A stretch of 64,000 bases of DNA from an uncultured Bacilli bacterium (GCA_947627435.1 CANQWB010000003.1:5955-69954), one strand, 5' to 3'. Numbered from the stretch's first letter, positions 18,758 through 28,483 are shown. Numbers and translations are program-made. The notes: a model not told the origin generated them from the sequence alone.

Positions 18758-20347
18758 TTGTATAACACTTTAAAAAATGCGCCAGAGTTTTACAAAGCAG
18801 GAATATATATAAGATTATCTGAAGCTGATGAAGGAAAAACTTACGAATCAGATAGTGAGAGTGTCCTTAATCAAAGAAATATGCTAATGAATTTTGTAAA
18901 AGAAAAGGGTTTTATCTTTGTAGGAGAATATGTTGATGATGGTTATTCTGGAACTAATTTTGAACGACCAGGATTTTCAAAAATGATTGAAGATATAAAA
19001 AATAAAGTTATTAACTTAGTTATCGTAAAAGATTTATCTAGACTTGGAAGAGATCATATTATGACCGGTTATTATGTTGAAAATTTCTTCCCTGAAAATG
19101 GAATAAGATTTATTTCTATGCAAGAAGGTTATGATAATGCAGTTAACCAAGCTAGTAATGATTCTTCAACTTTTATATTTGCTTGTAATGATTATTATAG
19201 TAAACAAAACTCTATAAAAATTCGTAATGTCTTAAATGATAAAAGAAGAAATGGTAAGTTTATAGGTAGTGCTCCGAGTTATGGGTATTTAAGAGATCCT
19301 GATGATAAGGGACACTTAATACCAGATCCAGAGTATGCACCGATTGTTAAAAAAATATTTGATATGGCCTATGAAGGTGTTGGATTATCTGCCATAACAA
19401 CTTATCTAAACGAAAGTAAAATTAAAACTCCAAGTAGTCTTAAAAGAAAAAATCCCCATGCTAAAAATAAATATAATCCTATATGGACTATATCATCTGT
19501 TAAAAAGATTTTAAAAAATCAAATGTATGTTGGTGATATGGTACAAAGTGTTCAAACGAAGGTATCTTATAAATCAAAAAAGAAAAAGACACTTCCAAAA
19601 GGTAATTGGGATATTGTTAAAAATACTCATGAACCAATAGTAGATAGAGTTATATTTGACCATGTACAAGATAATGTCAAAAGAACAAATTATACAGCAA
19701 ATACAAAGAGAGAAAAAAGACTATTTGAAAACTTATTATATTGCAAAGAATGTGGTAATATGCTTACGATTACTTATAAAAAGAAACAAGATTATTGGAC
19801 AATTAATTGTAATAGATATTCAAGAGATCCTAAAAGAAGAATGTGTGAGCCACATTTTATACCTTATGATAAGTTAGAGAATGCTTTATTAGATACAATT
19901 AAAAAGACTTGTAAACAATATTTAAAAGCTATTAATGTATCTGATATTGCAAATGAAATTAATAATAAGAAAAAGAATAATTTTAAGACACAAGAAAAAA
20001 TAAAAGAGTTAGAATCAAAAGAAAAAGAATATCTTAATAAATTAGATACACTTTATGAAGATAAATTTAAAGGATTAGTATCAGAAGAAATGTATAAAAG
20101 AATTGCTAATGATACTGAAGTTTTACTAACTAAATTAAGAAAAGAAATAAATAAATTGAAGGATGATAACAAGGTTATAAAAAACAAAACTGATGATATA
20201 AAACAATATGAAGAAAAGATTAAATCTTTAATTAATATTGAAAATCCTACAAGAGAACTAATGCAAACTATCATTGATAAAATAGTTATAGACAAAGATA
20301 AAAATATTGAAATAATTTACAAATTTAGCGTATTAAATAATATTTAA
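18758..20347 (+). CDS. Large serine recombinase (module B), paralogue of 8241-9899
   Basis: Same motif set (YIRLSEAD, DDGYSG, VKDLSRLGRD, CKECGNML...NCNRY). By eye about two thirds identical to recombinase 1 over the N-terminal 350 aa. Confidence 0.9.
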   Translation: MYNTLKNAPEFYKAGIYIRLSEADEGKTYESDSESVLNQRNMLMNFVKEKGFIFVGEYVDDGYSGTNFERPGFSKMIEDIKNKVINLVIVKDLSRLGRDHIMTGYYVENFFPENGIRFISMQEGYDNAVNQASNDSSTFIFACNDYYSKQNSIKIRNVLNDKRRNGKFIGSAPSYGYLRDPDDKGHLIPDPEYAPIVKKIFDMAYEGVGLSAITTYLNESKIKTPSSLKRKNPHAKNKYNPIWTISSVKKILKNQMYVGDMVQSVQTKVSYKSKKKKTLPKGNWDIVKNTHEPIVDRVIFDHVQDNVKRTNYTANTKREKRLFENLLYCKECGNMLTITYKKKQDYWTINCNRYSRDPKRRMCEPHFIPYDKLENALLDTIKKTCKQYLKAINVSDIANEINNKKKNNFKTQEKIKELESKEKEYLNKLDTLYEDKFKGLVSEEMYKRIANDTEVLLTKLRKEINKLKDDNKVIKNKTDDIKQYEEKIKSLINIENPTRELMQTIIDKIVIDKDKNIEIIYKFSVLNNI

Positions 20348-20350
20348 TTA

Positions 20351-20374
20351 ACTTTGCTCTATTTAAGAGCAAAG
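20351..20374 (+). terminator. Perfect hairpin after recombinase 2 (terminator or recombination-site candidate)
   Basis: ACTTTGCTC tatttaa GAGCAAAGT. There is no strong T-run. Confidence 0.35.
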
Positions 20375-20458
20375 TATACATAGTAAAAGATAAACTATTA
20401 TAAAAAATACTGAAACAAGAACGATTGTTTTGTATAATGGTAGTAAAGGAGGCAATGG

Positions 20459-21286
20459 ATGAATACTTTAGAAAAATATACTGACAAAACTTTTAACGAT
20501 ATTAAACACATTGATGATTATGGAAATGAATATTGGGAAGCACGAGAATTAATGCCATTATTAGAATATAGTAAATGGGAAAATTTTCATAAGGTTATTA
20601 AACGAGCAATGATTGCTTGTGAAACTAGTAATAATAATACTAACGATCACTTTCCTGAGTTCAGGAAACCGATAGTAGGTGGTAAAGGTAACATTCAAAA
20701 AGTTATAGATTATCATTTATCAAGGTATGCTTGTTATTTAATAGTTCAAAATGCAAATCCTAGAAAAAGATCAGTAGCTTTAGGTCAAACTTATTTTGCT
20801 GTTCAAACTAGAAAGCAAGAGATTACTGAATTAGAATATTCGAAATTATCAGAAGATGAAAAAAGATTATATACTAGAATTCTGGTTAATAATAAAAATA
20901 AATATTTGTTTAAAACTGCAAAAGAAGCAGGTGTAGAAAATTTTGGCAAATTTAATAATTACGGATATAAAGGGCTTTATAATGGCGAAACTGCAAAACA
21001 AATAGCAAAACGTAAAAATATAAAGGAAAATGAAGATATTCTTGATTATATGGGGAGTGAAGAATTAGGTGCAAATTTATTCCGTATTACTCAAACAGAA
21101 GCTAAATTAAAAAAGGATAATATAAGTAATGAAGATGATGCTTGTATAACTCATTACAACGTTGGGAAAACGGTTAGAAAAGCAATCGAAGAACTTGGAG
21201 GTAATATGCCTGAAACGCTACCTACCCCAGAAAAATCCATAAAAGAACTTGAAATCGAAGAATTAAAAAAAATAGAATCTAAATAA
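20459..21286 (+). CDS. DNA damage-inducible protein D (DinD)-like
   Basis: WEARELMPLLEYSKWENFHKVIKRA...LSRYACYLIVQNANPRK...GQTYFAVQTRKQE matches the DinD family signature as I recall it. Confidence 0.7.
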   Translation: MNTLEKYTDKTFNDIKHIDDYGNEYWEARELMPLLEYSKWENFHKVIKRAMIACETSNNNTNDHFPEFRKPIVGGKGNIQKVIDYHLSRYACYLIVQNANPRKRSVALGQTYFAVQTRKQEITELEYSKLSEDEKRLYTRILVNNKNKYLFKTAKEAGVENFGKFNNYGYKGLYNGETAKQIAKRKNIKENEDILDYMGSEELGANLFRITQTEAKLKKDNISNEDDACITHYNVGKTVRKAIEELGGNMPETLPTPEKSIKELEIEELKKIESK

Positions 21287-21308
21287 AAATAATTAAGGAG
21301 TGGTATTT

Positions 21309-21905
21309 ATGGCAAAAGTATTAACATTTGAAGTTGGAATTAATAGTTTAGAAAATAAAATATGGAGAAAAATTGAAATTACGGATCGAAGAACTATAGC
21401 AGATTTAGCATATACAATTCTTGCTAGTTTTGACTCTTTAGCGTATCATTTATATTATATCAAGTATAAAAATAAAGTATATGATTGTTGGGTTTGTATA
21501 GAAGATGATCATAGTGAAATTCCACCTATTAATGCCGTTATAACTAAATTAAGCAGTCTTGGCTTAAAAGAAAATGATACTATGGAAATGGACTATGATA
21601 CTGGTTCGACAACAACGTTTAAAATCAAATATTTAGGAGCAAGAGACTTAGAAAATGGGAAGGGCAATCATTATCCATATATAATTGATGGCGCTGGCAG
21701 AGGTATGCTCGATGATTTATGTGATTTTGAATTAAAAGAAATTGTTGATGATATTGATCAAAAAGGATATTCGGAACATTATTTTACTCCTGGTTATCAA
21801 AGAACTATAAAATATGATTATAGAAAATATAATATTAAAAATGATAATGCATTGTTAAAAGGTCTAATTTTAGAAATAAAAAATGGATATGAAGTTGGTG
21901 ATTAA
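21309..21905 (+). CDS. pRiA4b ORF-3-like protein
   Basis: N-terminus KVLTFEVGINSLENKIWRKIEI...TIADLAYTILASFDS is typical of this family. AAGGAG RBS before ATG 21309. Confidence 0.6.
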   Translation: MAKVLTFEVGINSLENKIWRKIEITDRRTIADLAYTILASFDSLAYHLYYIKYKNKVYDCWVCIEDDHSEIPPINAVITKLSSLGLKENDTMEMDYDTGSTTTFKIKYLGARDLENGKGNHYPYIIDGAGRGMLDDLCDFELKEIVDDIDQKGYSEHYFTPGYQRTIKYDYRKYNIKNDNALLKGLILEIKNGYEVGD

Positions 21906-22220
21906 ATGGCAGAGATAACATCAATAAGAGAAATGATTGTAAATAAAGAAAAAATCAAGATAGAATTTACTTATTTAGCACAGTATAATAGAAATAAAAA
22001 ATATTTTAATAATTTGGATTTTGATACTGCAGAATGGGAAAGTGATGATACAATTGAATTTTTAAATGATCATTTAAAAGAATATTTAGATCATGAACAT
22101 TTAAATTTTACAAGAGTTGCAGAAAAGTTTTTTGAAATAAACGAAATAGTTGATAATATAAAATTTATTGATAAGTATGGCTATTTTAAAGTATATCGTA
22201 AAGAATTTGAAAATAGATAA
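21906..22220 (+). CDS. Hypothetical protein
   Basis: The start abuts the previous stop. 104 aa. Confidence 0.4.
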   Translation: MAEITSIREMIVNKEKIKIEFTYLAQYNRNKKYFNNLDFDTAEWESDDTIEFLNDHLKEYLDHEHLNFTRVAEKFFEINEIVDNIKFIDKYGYFKVYRKEFENR

Positions 22221-22237
22221 TTAGGATGTGAAAATAT

Positions 22238-22474
22238 ATGGAAAAGAATATTGAAGAATTAACGTTGTTACTTATGTATTTAACCTCTTGGGACAATGAT
22301 AATCCCTTAGAAGAAAATTATAAAGAATGTTGGAAAGGTTATTCGTTTGATGTTATTAATGAATTAACTGACAAGGGTTATTTGTTTCCTTCAAAATATA
22401 AAAATAAGTCAGTTACATTTACAAAAGAAGGAATGGAATATGCCGAAAATTTATTGAAGAAGTATCTTAAATGA
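22238..22474 (+). CDS. Hypothetical small protein (DUF6429-like, tentative)
   Basis: LTLLLMYLTSW...CWKGYSFDVINELTDKGYL...KSVTFTKEG. Confidence 0.4.
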   Translation: MEKNIEELTLLLMYLTSWDNDNPLEENYKECWKGYSFDVINELTDKGYLFPSKYKNKSVTFTKEGMEYAENLLKKYLK

Positions 22475-22755
22475 GTATAAAATTATAAAACATTACACAT
22501 TGACTATCGCCAGGTACTACAGTTGTGTAATTATGCCATAGATTATAGTTATATCATATATCATATACCATATACCATATTTAAAAATGTTTAATTATAT
22601 AAATGAAAATAGTTTGTTCCATATTTATATATAAATGGATTTAGAATAGTCAATAAAAGTGAATATTCAATTTGAAAATTATCTAAATATATGATATACT
22701 ATACGTATAAGTTGAAGACTTTTTAGTCCATTTAGAATAAGGAGAAGGATTGCTC

Positions 22756-22833
22756 ATGATTATCCTATATATTTTAGGAACCATTTATGCCGTGTTTGCC
22801 GCATTCTATGATGTATCCAAAAAACACAAATAA
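22756..22833 (+). CDS. Possible 25-aa hydrophobic peptide
   Basis: AAGGAGAAGG RBS. Translation MIILYILGTIYAVFAAFYDVSKKHK. It ends in the terminator hairpin. Confidence 0.3.
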   Translation: MIILYILGTIYAVFAAFYDVSKKHK

Positions 22834-22858
22834 AAACAGTTATAAAAACTGTTTTTTT
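22832..22858. terminator. Bidirectional intrinsic terminator
   Basis: AAAAACAGT tataaaa ACTGTTTTT, flanked by an A-run and a T-run, between convergent ORFs. Confidence 0.6.
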
Positions 22859-22863
22859 GTATA

Positions 22864-23124
22864 TTAACGATAGTATGGTCCATAATAAGGATATGGATAA
22901 TAGTTATTGTAATAAGGTCTAGGATAGAATGCAGGTGCGAGTAATCCTCCTGTTACACCACCTAAAATAAATGGCCCTAAAAAACCCCCAACCAAACGAT
23001 CATTATTGGAATTCACTTGTCCATTCCAAGTAGAATTCATTGAACTAGATTGTGAATTGGTTGTAGGGTATGGATAATTAGAAGATGGCACGAAACTAGA
23101 CATATTTCCATAATTAGAATACAT
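22864..23124 (-). CDS. Small Tyr/Pro/Gly/Asn-rich protein (possible spore-coat-type protein)
   Basis: AGGAGG RBS. The C-terminus reads FYPRPYYNNYYPYPYYGPYYR. Confidence 0.5.
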   Translation of the reverse strand: MYSNYGNMSSFVPSSNYPYPTTNSQSSSMNSTWNGQVNSNNDRLVGGFLGPFILGGVTGGLLAPAFYPRPYYNNYYPYPYYGPYYR

Positions 23125-23149
23125 AGTATTCCTCCTTTCATAATATAGT

Positions 23150-24286
23150 ATGAAAAGAATAGAAAAGAGTGAAAATATGGATGAACGATTAAAAAAACTA
23201 AGTCATACGATTGTGAATTATTCCTTAAAAGTAAAGAAAAATGATAGAGTACTCATCACTTCACAAACCGAAGAACCAAAAGAATTAGTGAAGTATTTGA
23301 TTCAAGAAATTACCAATCAAAAAGCAATACCATTTGTCCGTATTGTAGAGCCAGAAATCAATTCTTTACTAGAAGAACTTACCACATCAGAACGTATCAA
23401 AGAACTCAAAAAAAGAAGTGAATTTGATGTAGAAAATATTGATTGTTTTATCAATATACGTTATACAACAAATGACTTTGAAAATAGTAAAATATCTGCA
23501 GGTACGAGAAAAGAATTAGGAGAAGCAACTGCAGAAAGTGATCGCATTCGCATCAATGAACGAAGATGGGTACTATTAAACTATCCGTCTAGATTAGATG
23601 CCTATAAAGCCGGTATGCCAACTGCGGATTTTAAAGATTATGCGATAGAAGTTATGAATGTCGATTATGCACAAATGTACGAAGATATCAAACCATTAGA
23701 AGATTTAATGCGAAAAACAGATGAAGTTAGGATTTTAGGACCCAATACTGATATTACATTCTCAATTAAAGACATGAATGTTGTACCATGTTGTGGCGAA
23801 AGTAATATTCCAGATGGAGAAATTTTTACAGCGCCCATTAAAGATAGTGTCAATGGTATGATTACCTATAATACACCAAGTCCTTATCAAGGCGAAATAT
23901 TTCGTAATGTTAGTTTAAAATTTAAAGATGGAAAAATAATCGAAGCAACCTGTGAAGGTAACCAAGAAAAATTAGATGAAATTTTTAATACCGATGAAGG
24001 CGCGCGATATGTAGGAGAATTTTCCTTTGGTCTTAATCCCAAAATATTAGATCCAATGGGAGATATCCTATTTGATGAAAAAATCATAGGTAGTATTCAT
24101 TTCACACCAGGTCGTGCCTATGAAGATGCCTTCAATGGTAATGTATCTGCAATTCACTGGGATTTAGTTTTAATACAGCGCAAAGAATATGGCGGTGGTG
24201 AGGTTTATTTTGACCATAAACTCATTCGAAAGGACGGTTTATTTGTCTTACCTGAACTTATGCATTTAAATTATGACCTAAAGTAG
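23150..24286 (+). CDS. M29 family aminopeptidase (AmpS/PepS-like)
   Basis: EGARYVGEFSFGLNP...LFDEKIIGSIHFTPGRAY. The start may be ATG 23177. Confidence 0.85.
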   Translation: MKRIEKSENMDERLKKLSHTIVNYSLKVKKNDRVLITSQTEEPKELVKYLIQEITNQKAIPFVRIVEPEINSLLEELTTSERIKELKKRSEFDVENIDCFINIRYTTNDFENSKISAGTRKELGEATAESDRIRINERRWVLLNYPSRLDAYKAGMPTADFKDYAIEVMNVDYAQMYEDIKPLEDLMRKTDEVRILGPNTDITFSIKDMNVVPCCGESNIPDGEIFTAPIKDSVNGMITYNTPSPYQGEIFRNVSLKFKDGKIIEATCEGNQEKLDEIFNTDEGARYVGEFSFGLNPKILDPMGDILFDEKIIGSIHFTPGRAYEDAFNGNVSAIHWDLVLIQRKEYGGGEVYFDHKLIRKDGLFVLPELMHLNYDLK

Positions 24287-24331
24287 CAAATTCTCATCTC
24301 TTTTTTCATATACTTGACTAAGGTGAAAGTC

Positions 24332-25189
24332 ATGAAAAAACTATTTGAAGGAATTGGTCTCTTATCTATACTATGTCTTAGTTTTCTTTATACCGAAAAA
24401 ACAGTCAATGTTGTAAAAGAATATGATGAAATTATGATTTCAATCAAAGAAGAAAATGAAAATTATAAAGTAGATGCCAAAAATGCGACAATTGTCGATG
24501 ATACTATTATTCCTGGTATCAAAGGAAAAGAAGTCAATATCAATAGTAGTTATAGTAAAATGAAGCGATATGGTAAATTTAATAGTAATCTGTTGGTTTA
24601 TCAAGAAGTATTACCAGAGATTAGTATCAGTCAAAAGTTTGATAAATATATTATTGGTGGAAATGCTTCTAAGAATATGATCAGTTTTATTTTTCTAGTA
24701 GAAGAAAATGATTCGATTGATACTATTTTAAAAATATTGGATGACAAAGGTATCAAAGGGAATTTCTTCGTAGACGGAAAATGGTTAGAAAAAAATACTC
24801 GAATTTTAGTGAAACTCATTGAACAAGGACACAATATTGGAAATCTTAGTTATAATAGGGATTATACGAATAGTTCCTATGCATGGATGGATACATTTAT
24901 CAAACAAGTCGGCAAACAAAAAATTGGATATTGTTATAATGAAGTGGCTGATTTAACCGCATTGCAGCTTTGCGCTTTATCCAACAATTATACCATTCGC
25001 CCAAGCATTATTGTCAAACATTATCCTTTAAAAGAAATCAAAGAACAAGTAACTGCAGGAAGTATTATATCAATGCCAATCAACCAAACAGTTGAAAAAG
25101 AACTTCCTTCTATTCTTTCTTATATTTTGAGTAAAGGATATAAAATTGAAAACTTAGAGAACCATTTAAGTGAATCTATGGATACATAA
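24332..25189 (+). CDS. Polysaccharide deacetylase (NodB)-like protein with degenerate catalytic motifs
   Basis: N-terminal TM segment and a GIKGNFFVDGKWLEKN...GHNIGNLSYN scaffold, but no TFDDG or HSxxH motifs. Confidence 0.45.
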   Translation: MKKLFEGIGLLSILCLSFLYTEKTVNVVKEYDEIMISIKEENENYKVDAKNATIVDDTIIPGIKGKEVNINSSYSKMKRYGKFNSNLLVYQEVLPEISISQKFDKYIIGGNASKNMISFIFLVEENDSIDTILKILDDKGIKGNFFVDGKWLEKNTRILVKLIEQGHNIGNLSYNRDYTNSSYAWMDTFIKQVGKQKIGYCYNEVADLTALQLCALSNNYTIRPSIIVKHYPLKEIKEQVTAGSIISMPINQTVEKELPSILSYILSKGYKIENLENHLSESMDT

Positions 25190-25260
25190 CGATTGCAGAA
25201 ATGCAATTTTTTTTGACTACTGATGGGCTCTATGATAAGATTAAATGGAAGGTGGATGTC

Positions 25261-27459
25261 ATGAAAAAGCCAGAATTATTAAGCCCTGCAGGTAATATGG
25301 AATGTTTAAAAGCAGCCATTCAAGGTGGGTGTGATGCCGTATATCTAGGTGGTTATGCCTTTGGCGCTAGAAGTTTTGCGGGTAATTTTTCAGATGAAGA
25401 ATTAAAAGAAGCAATTGTGTATGCGCATTTATATGGTGTAAAAGTATATGTAACCGTTAATACGCTTATCTATGAAAGTGAAGTTCCAAGATTTATCAAC
25501 TATATCGACTTTTTATATCATAATCATGTAGATGCCATTTTAATTCAAGATTTAGGCATGATGGATTTCATTCGTCATATGTATCCTGATTTAGAAATGC
25601 ATGCTTCTACGCAAATGCATATTCATAATATAGAAGGTGTAAAAGCGGTTGAAAAGTTAGGACTCAAACGTGCTGTTTTGGCGCGTGAAACCGATATTGA
25701 TACCATTCGTAATATGAAAAAGAATACCAATATCGAATTAGAAATATTTGTTCATGGAGCTTTATGTTTCTGCTATTCTGGGCAATGTCTTATGAGTAGT
25801 ATGATTGGTGGAAGAAGTGGTAACCGTGGAACTTGTAGTCAATGTTGCCGTATGCCTTATACCCTATATGAAGATGGAAAAATTATCAACCAAGATGCCT
25901 ATGTATTAAGTCCAAAAGATTTAAATAGTCTAGAACATATTGGAAAACTCATCGAAGTTGGAGTAGATAGTTTGAAAATAGAAGGGCGTATGAAGCGACC
26001 TGAATATGTTTATTATGTAACCCATTTGTATCGTAAAGCCATTGATGCATATATGGAAACGAAAGCGATAACTATAACAGAGGAAGAATGGAACACTTTA
26101 AAAAAATTGTTCCATAGAGAATTTACCAAAGGTTTTCTGTTTCATGAAAAAATGGAAGACTGGTTAAATCCGAAACGTCCTAACCATGTTGGAATTCCTA
26201 TTGGAAAAGTAACATCTATAAAAAAAGGGATGGTGACATGCCATCTTACATCACCGGTACATCAAAATGATGGAATTCGTATTTTAGGAAAAAAGGAAGA
26301 CAATGGCTGTATTTTAAATAAAATATATCAAAATCAAAAATTGGTAAGTGGTGGAAATTCTGGGGAAGAAATCACATTCTATTTAAAAGGAAATTTTGAA
26401 GTAGGAGATACCCTTGTGTTAACGAGTGATGATACCGATTTAAAACAAATTCAAAGAACGATAGAAAGTAATCCAAGACGTATTCCCGTTAAAGGACATC
26501 TCATTGCCAAAATAGGAAAACCGATGGAATATCATATGACAGATGGAGTACATAAAGTCGTTGTAACAGGTAATATCGATGTGATGCAAGCAAAGAGTGC
26601 ACCTCTAACGGAAGCTAGAATCAAAATGCAATTGGAAAAAATGGGAGATTCTATCTATACATTAGAAGATTTAAGGATAGAAATGGATACGGCGATTTTT
26701 GTACCTATGCAACAACTCAATGACTTACGCAGAAAAGGAATAGAATCCCTCAATCAGAGTCGTCTTTACCATATTCCGTATCATAAAGAAGAATATCATG
26801 TTGAGGTAAAAGAATATCCTGAAGAACTTGGTTATACCGTATGCATTCATGATAAAGATGCTTATCTAGCAATCCAAAACAAAAATATCAAACAGATATA
26901 TGTGGAAGATGAAAGATTATATCAAGAGTTAAAAAAAGATCCACGTGTGATTTTATCCCTTCCAAGAGTAATGATGCAATTTGAGCCAAAAGAAAAAATA
27001 TTACAAGCAGGAGAATTAGGAAGTTTATTTTACTATCATCCTACTTATTCTAATTTTTCTTTGAATGTAACAAACTCATATACTGTTGCTTTTTTAAATC
27101 GTAATGGAGTGAAACGAGTTATGCTTTCACTAGAGTTATCACCTGTACAAATCAAAGAATTGATAGATGCTTATCAAAGTCGTTATCATAAGAAACCAAA
27201 CTTAGAATACTTTTATACATCTACGCCAGAAGTGATGATTACAAAATTTGATTTAAAAGCATATTATCATACCAAGAAAGATCTCACGATGAAGGATTCG
27301 AAAGAACATCAATTTTTGATTCGTAAAATAGGAGATTATACTCGTATTTATTATCAAAAAAATAAAACCGACGTAATGCCTAAAACTTTCTTTCAACTTG
27401 GTATTTCTACAATTTGTTTGAATGATTTAGACCAAAATATCCAAGATTTTCTTGTATAA
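25261..27459 (+). CDS. Peptidase U32 family protein
   Basis: ELLSPAGNMECLKAAIQGGCDAVYLGG...VYVTVNT...SLKIEGRMK. The likely start is ATG 25261. Confidence 0.85.
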   Translation: MKKPELLSPAGNMECLKAAIQGGCDAVYLGGYAFGARSFAGNFSDEELKEAIVYAHLYGVKVYVTVNTLIYESEVPRFINYIDFLYHNHVDAILIQDLGMMDFIRHMYPDLEMHASTQMHIHNIEGVKAVEKLGLKRAVLARETDIDTIRNMKKNTNIELEIFVHGALCFCYSGQCLMSSMIGGRSGNRGTCSQCCRMPYTLYEDGKIINQDAYVLSPKDLNSLEHIGKLIEVGVDSLKIEGRMKRPEYVYYVTHLYRKAIDAYMETKAITITEEEWNTLKKLFHREFTKGFLFHEKMEDWLNPKRPNHVGIPIGKVTSIKKGMVTCHLTSPVHQNDGIRILGKKEDNGCILNKIYQNQKLVSGGNSGEEITFYLKGNFEVGDTLVLTSDDTDLKQIQRTIESNPRRIPVKGHLIAKIGKPMEYHMTDGVHKVVVTGNIDVMQAKSAPLTEARIKMQLEKMGDSIYTLEDLRIEMDTAIFVPMQQLNDLRRKGIESLNQSRLYHIPYHKEEYHVEVKEYPEELGYTVCIHDKDAYLAIQNKNIKQIYVEDERLYQELKKDPRVILSLPRVMMQFEPKEKILQAGELGSLFYYHPTYSNFSLNVTNSYTVAFLNRNGVKRVMLSLELSPVQIKELIDAYQSRYHKKPNLEYFYTSTPEVMITKFDLKAYYHTKKDLTMKDSKEHQFLIRKIGDYTRIYYQKNKTDVMPKTFFQLGISTICLNDLDQNIQDFLV

Positions 27460-27497
27460 AAATAGCAAAGCGAGAAAGACTAGTATTAGGTGATTCT

Positions 27498-28433
27498 ATG
27501 ATACTTGTCTTCATCGAAAATAAAACATATTTAACCAAAATATTATCTTATTTAGAAGAAACACATTTACCTTATACAACAGATCTAGATATAGAATATG
27601 ATACTTTAATTATTGCTGAGTGCTCAAATAGAATAAAGTCTTTTATCCAACAAAATACATCGAAACAAATCATCTTTTTGACAGAATTAGAAGAACCTAA
27701 ATTAGTAAAACATATTACGAAAACTACAAAATCAAGTAAGAATTATTTGTTACATTTTAGAGAGTTTTGTAACCAATGTACTCGTATTGTAGCAACGATG
27801 CCATCAATGGTGAAGTGGTTTCAGAAAAATTGTAAAAGAGAAATTGTGTTATTACCAAAAGAACTTCCTATTATCAACATCAGCAAGAGTAATAAAGATA
27901 TATTTGAAAAATATCATTTATCCAAACGGAACAAACGGATTGTATTTGTAGATTACAATTATGAACATTTGGATTATGTAACTGCTGTTGCCCAAAAATA
28001 TCCCAAATATCAAATTATATTGATTGGTTATGAAAAGGAATATATGATGTCTCGTAAAACAAAAGAATATTATCATACTTTACCCAAAAATGTCATAAAA
28101 CAAAAATATATTGATTTTAATATTTATAGCGATTTATGCAAGGTCGCTTGGTTGGTTATTTATTTTTATACAACTGATTTAGATTATAGTTATATAGATA
28201 TTACGTTATTATTTAAAAGACAATTGTTATTAGAGTATCATTTCTATTATCAAGATTATTTTATCAATAGTAAAAATGCTTATTTGTTTCATACGATTGA
28301 TGAACTTCTTTTGCGATTGAAAAAAATTATGGAAGAGAGGGTCGCTAATCTATCCGATAGTGGATATGATTTAGTGGCTCAAAATTCTCATAAAAAAATT
28401 GTGGAAAGGTGGTTTCAACTTCTTACATTTTAG
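27498..28433 (+). CDS. Hypothetical protein
   Basis: Long ORF in a co-directional gene string. No motif recognised. Confidence 0.4.
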   Translation: MILVFIENKTYLTKILSYLEETHLPYTTDLDIEYDTLIIAECSNRIKSFIQQNTSKQIIFLTELEEPKLVKHITKTTKSSKNYLLHFREFCNQCTRIVATMPSMVKWFQKNCKREIVLLPKELPIINISKSNKDIFEKYHLSKRNKRIVFVDYNYEHLDYVTAVAQKYPKYQIILIGYEKEYMMSRKTKEYYHTLPKNVIKQKYIDFNIYSDLCKVAWLVIYFYTTDLDYSYIDITLLFKRQLLLEYHFYYQDYFINSKNAYLFHTIDELLLRLKKIMEERVANLSDSGYDLVAQNSHKKIVERWFQLLTF

Positions 28434-28483
28434 TTTACAATTTCATATAGTATTTTATTAAAATACTATATTTTTTTCTAAAA

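Noticed and set aside
17576-20295. Internal ORFs 17576-17758 (-), 19656-19877 (+) and 20053-20295 (-) within the transposase and recombinase genes
   Set aside because: They are nested in alternative frames of confidently identified genes, with hydrophobic or low-complexity translations and no RBS.
692-22521. TGTAGTA at 692-698 and its complement TACTACA at 22515-22521 as possible attB half-sites framing the whole 22 kb island
   Set aside because: A 7-nt match is expected by chance in AT-rich DNA, and the flanking bases agree only partially. It cannot be supported without an empty-site comparison.
22551-22580. Imperfect CATATA(C/T) microsatellite (ATATCATATATCATATACCATATACCATAT)
   Set aside because: It is short, low-complexity AT-rich DNA in an intergenic region with no adjacent gene start whose spacing it could modulate. 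It is probably incidental.
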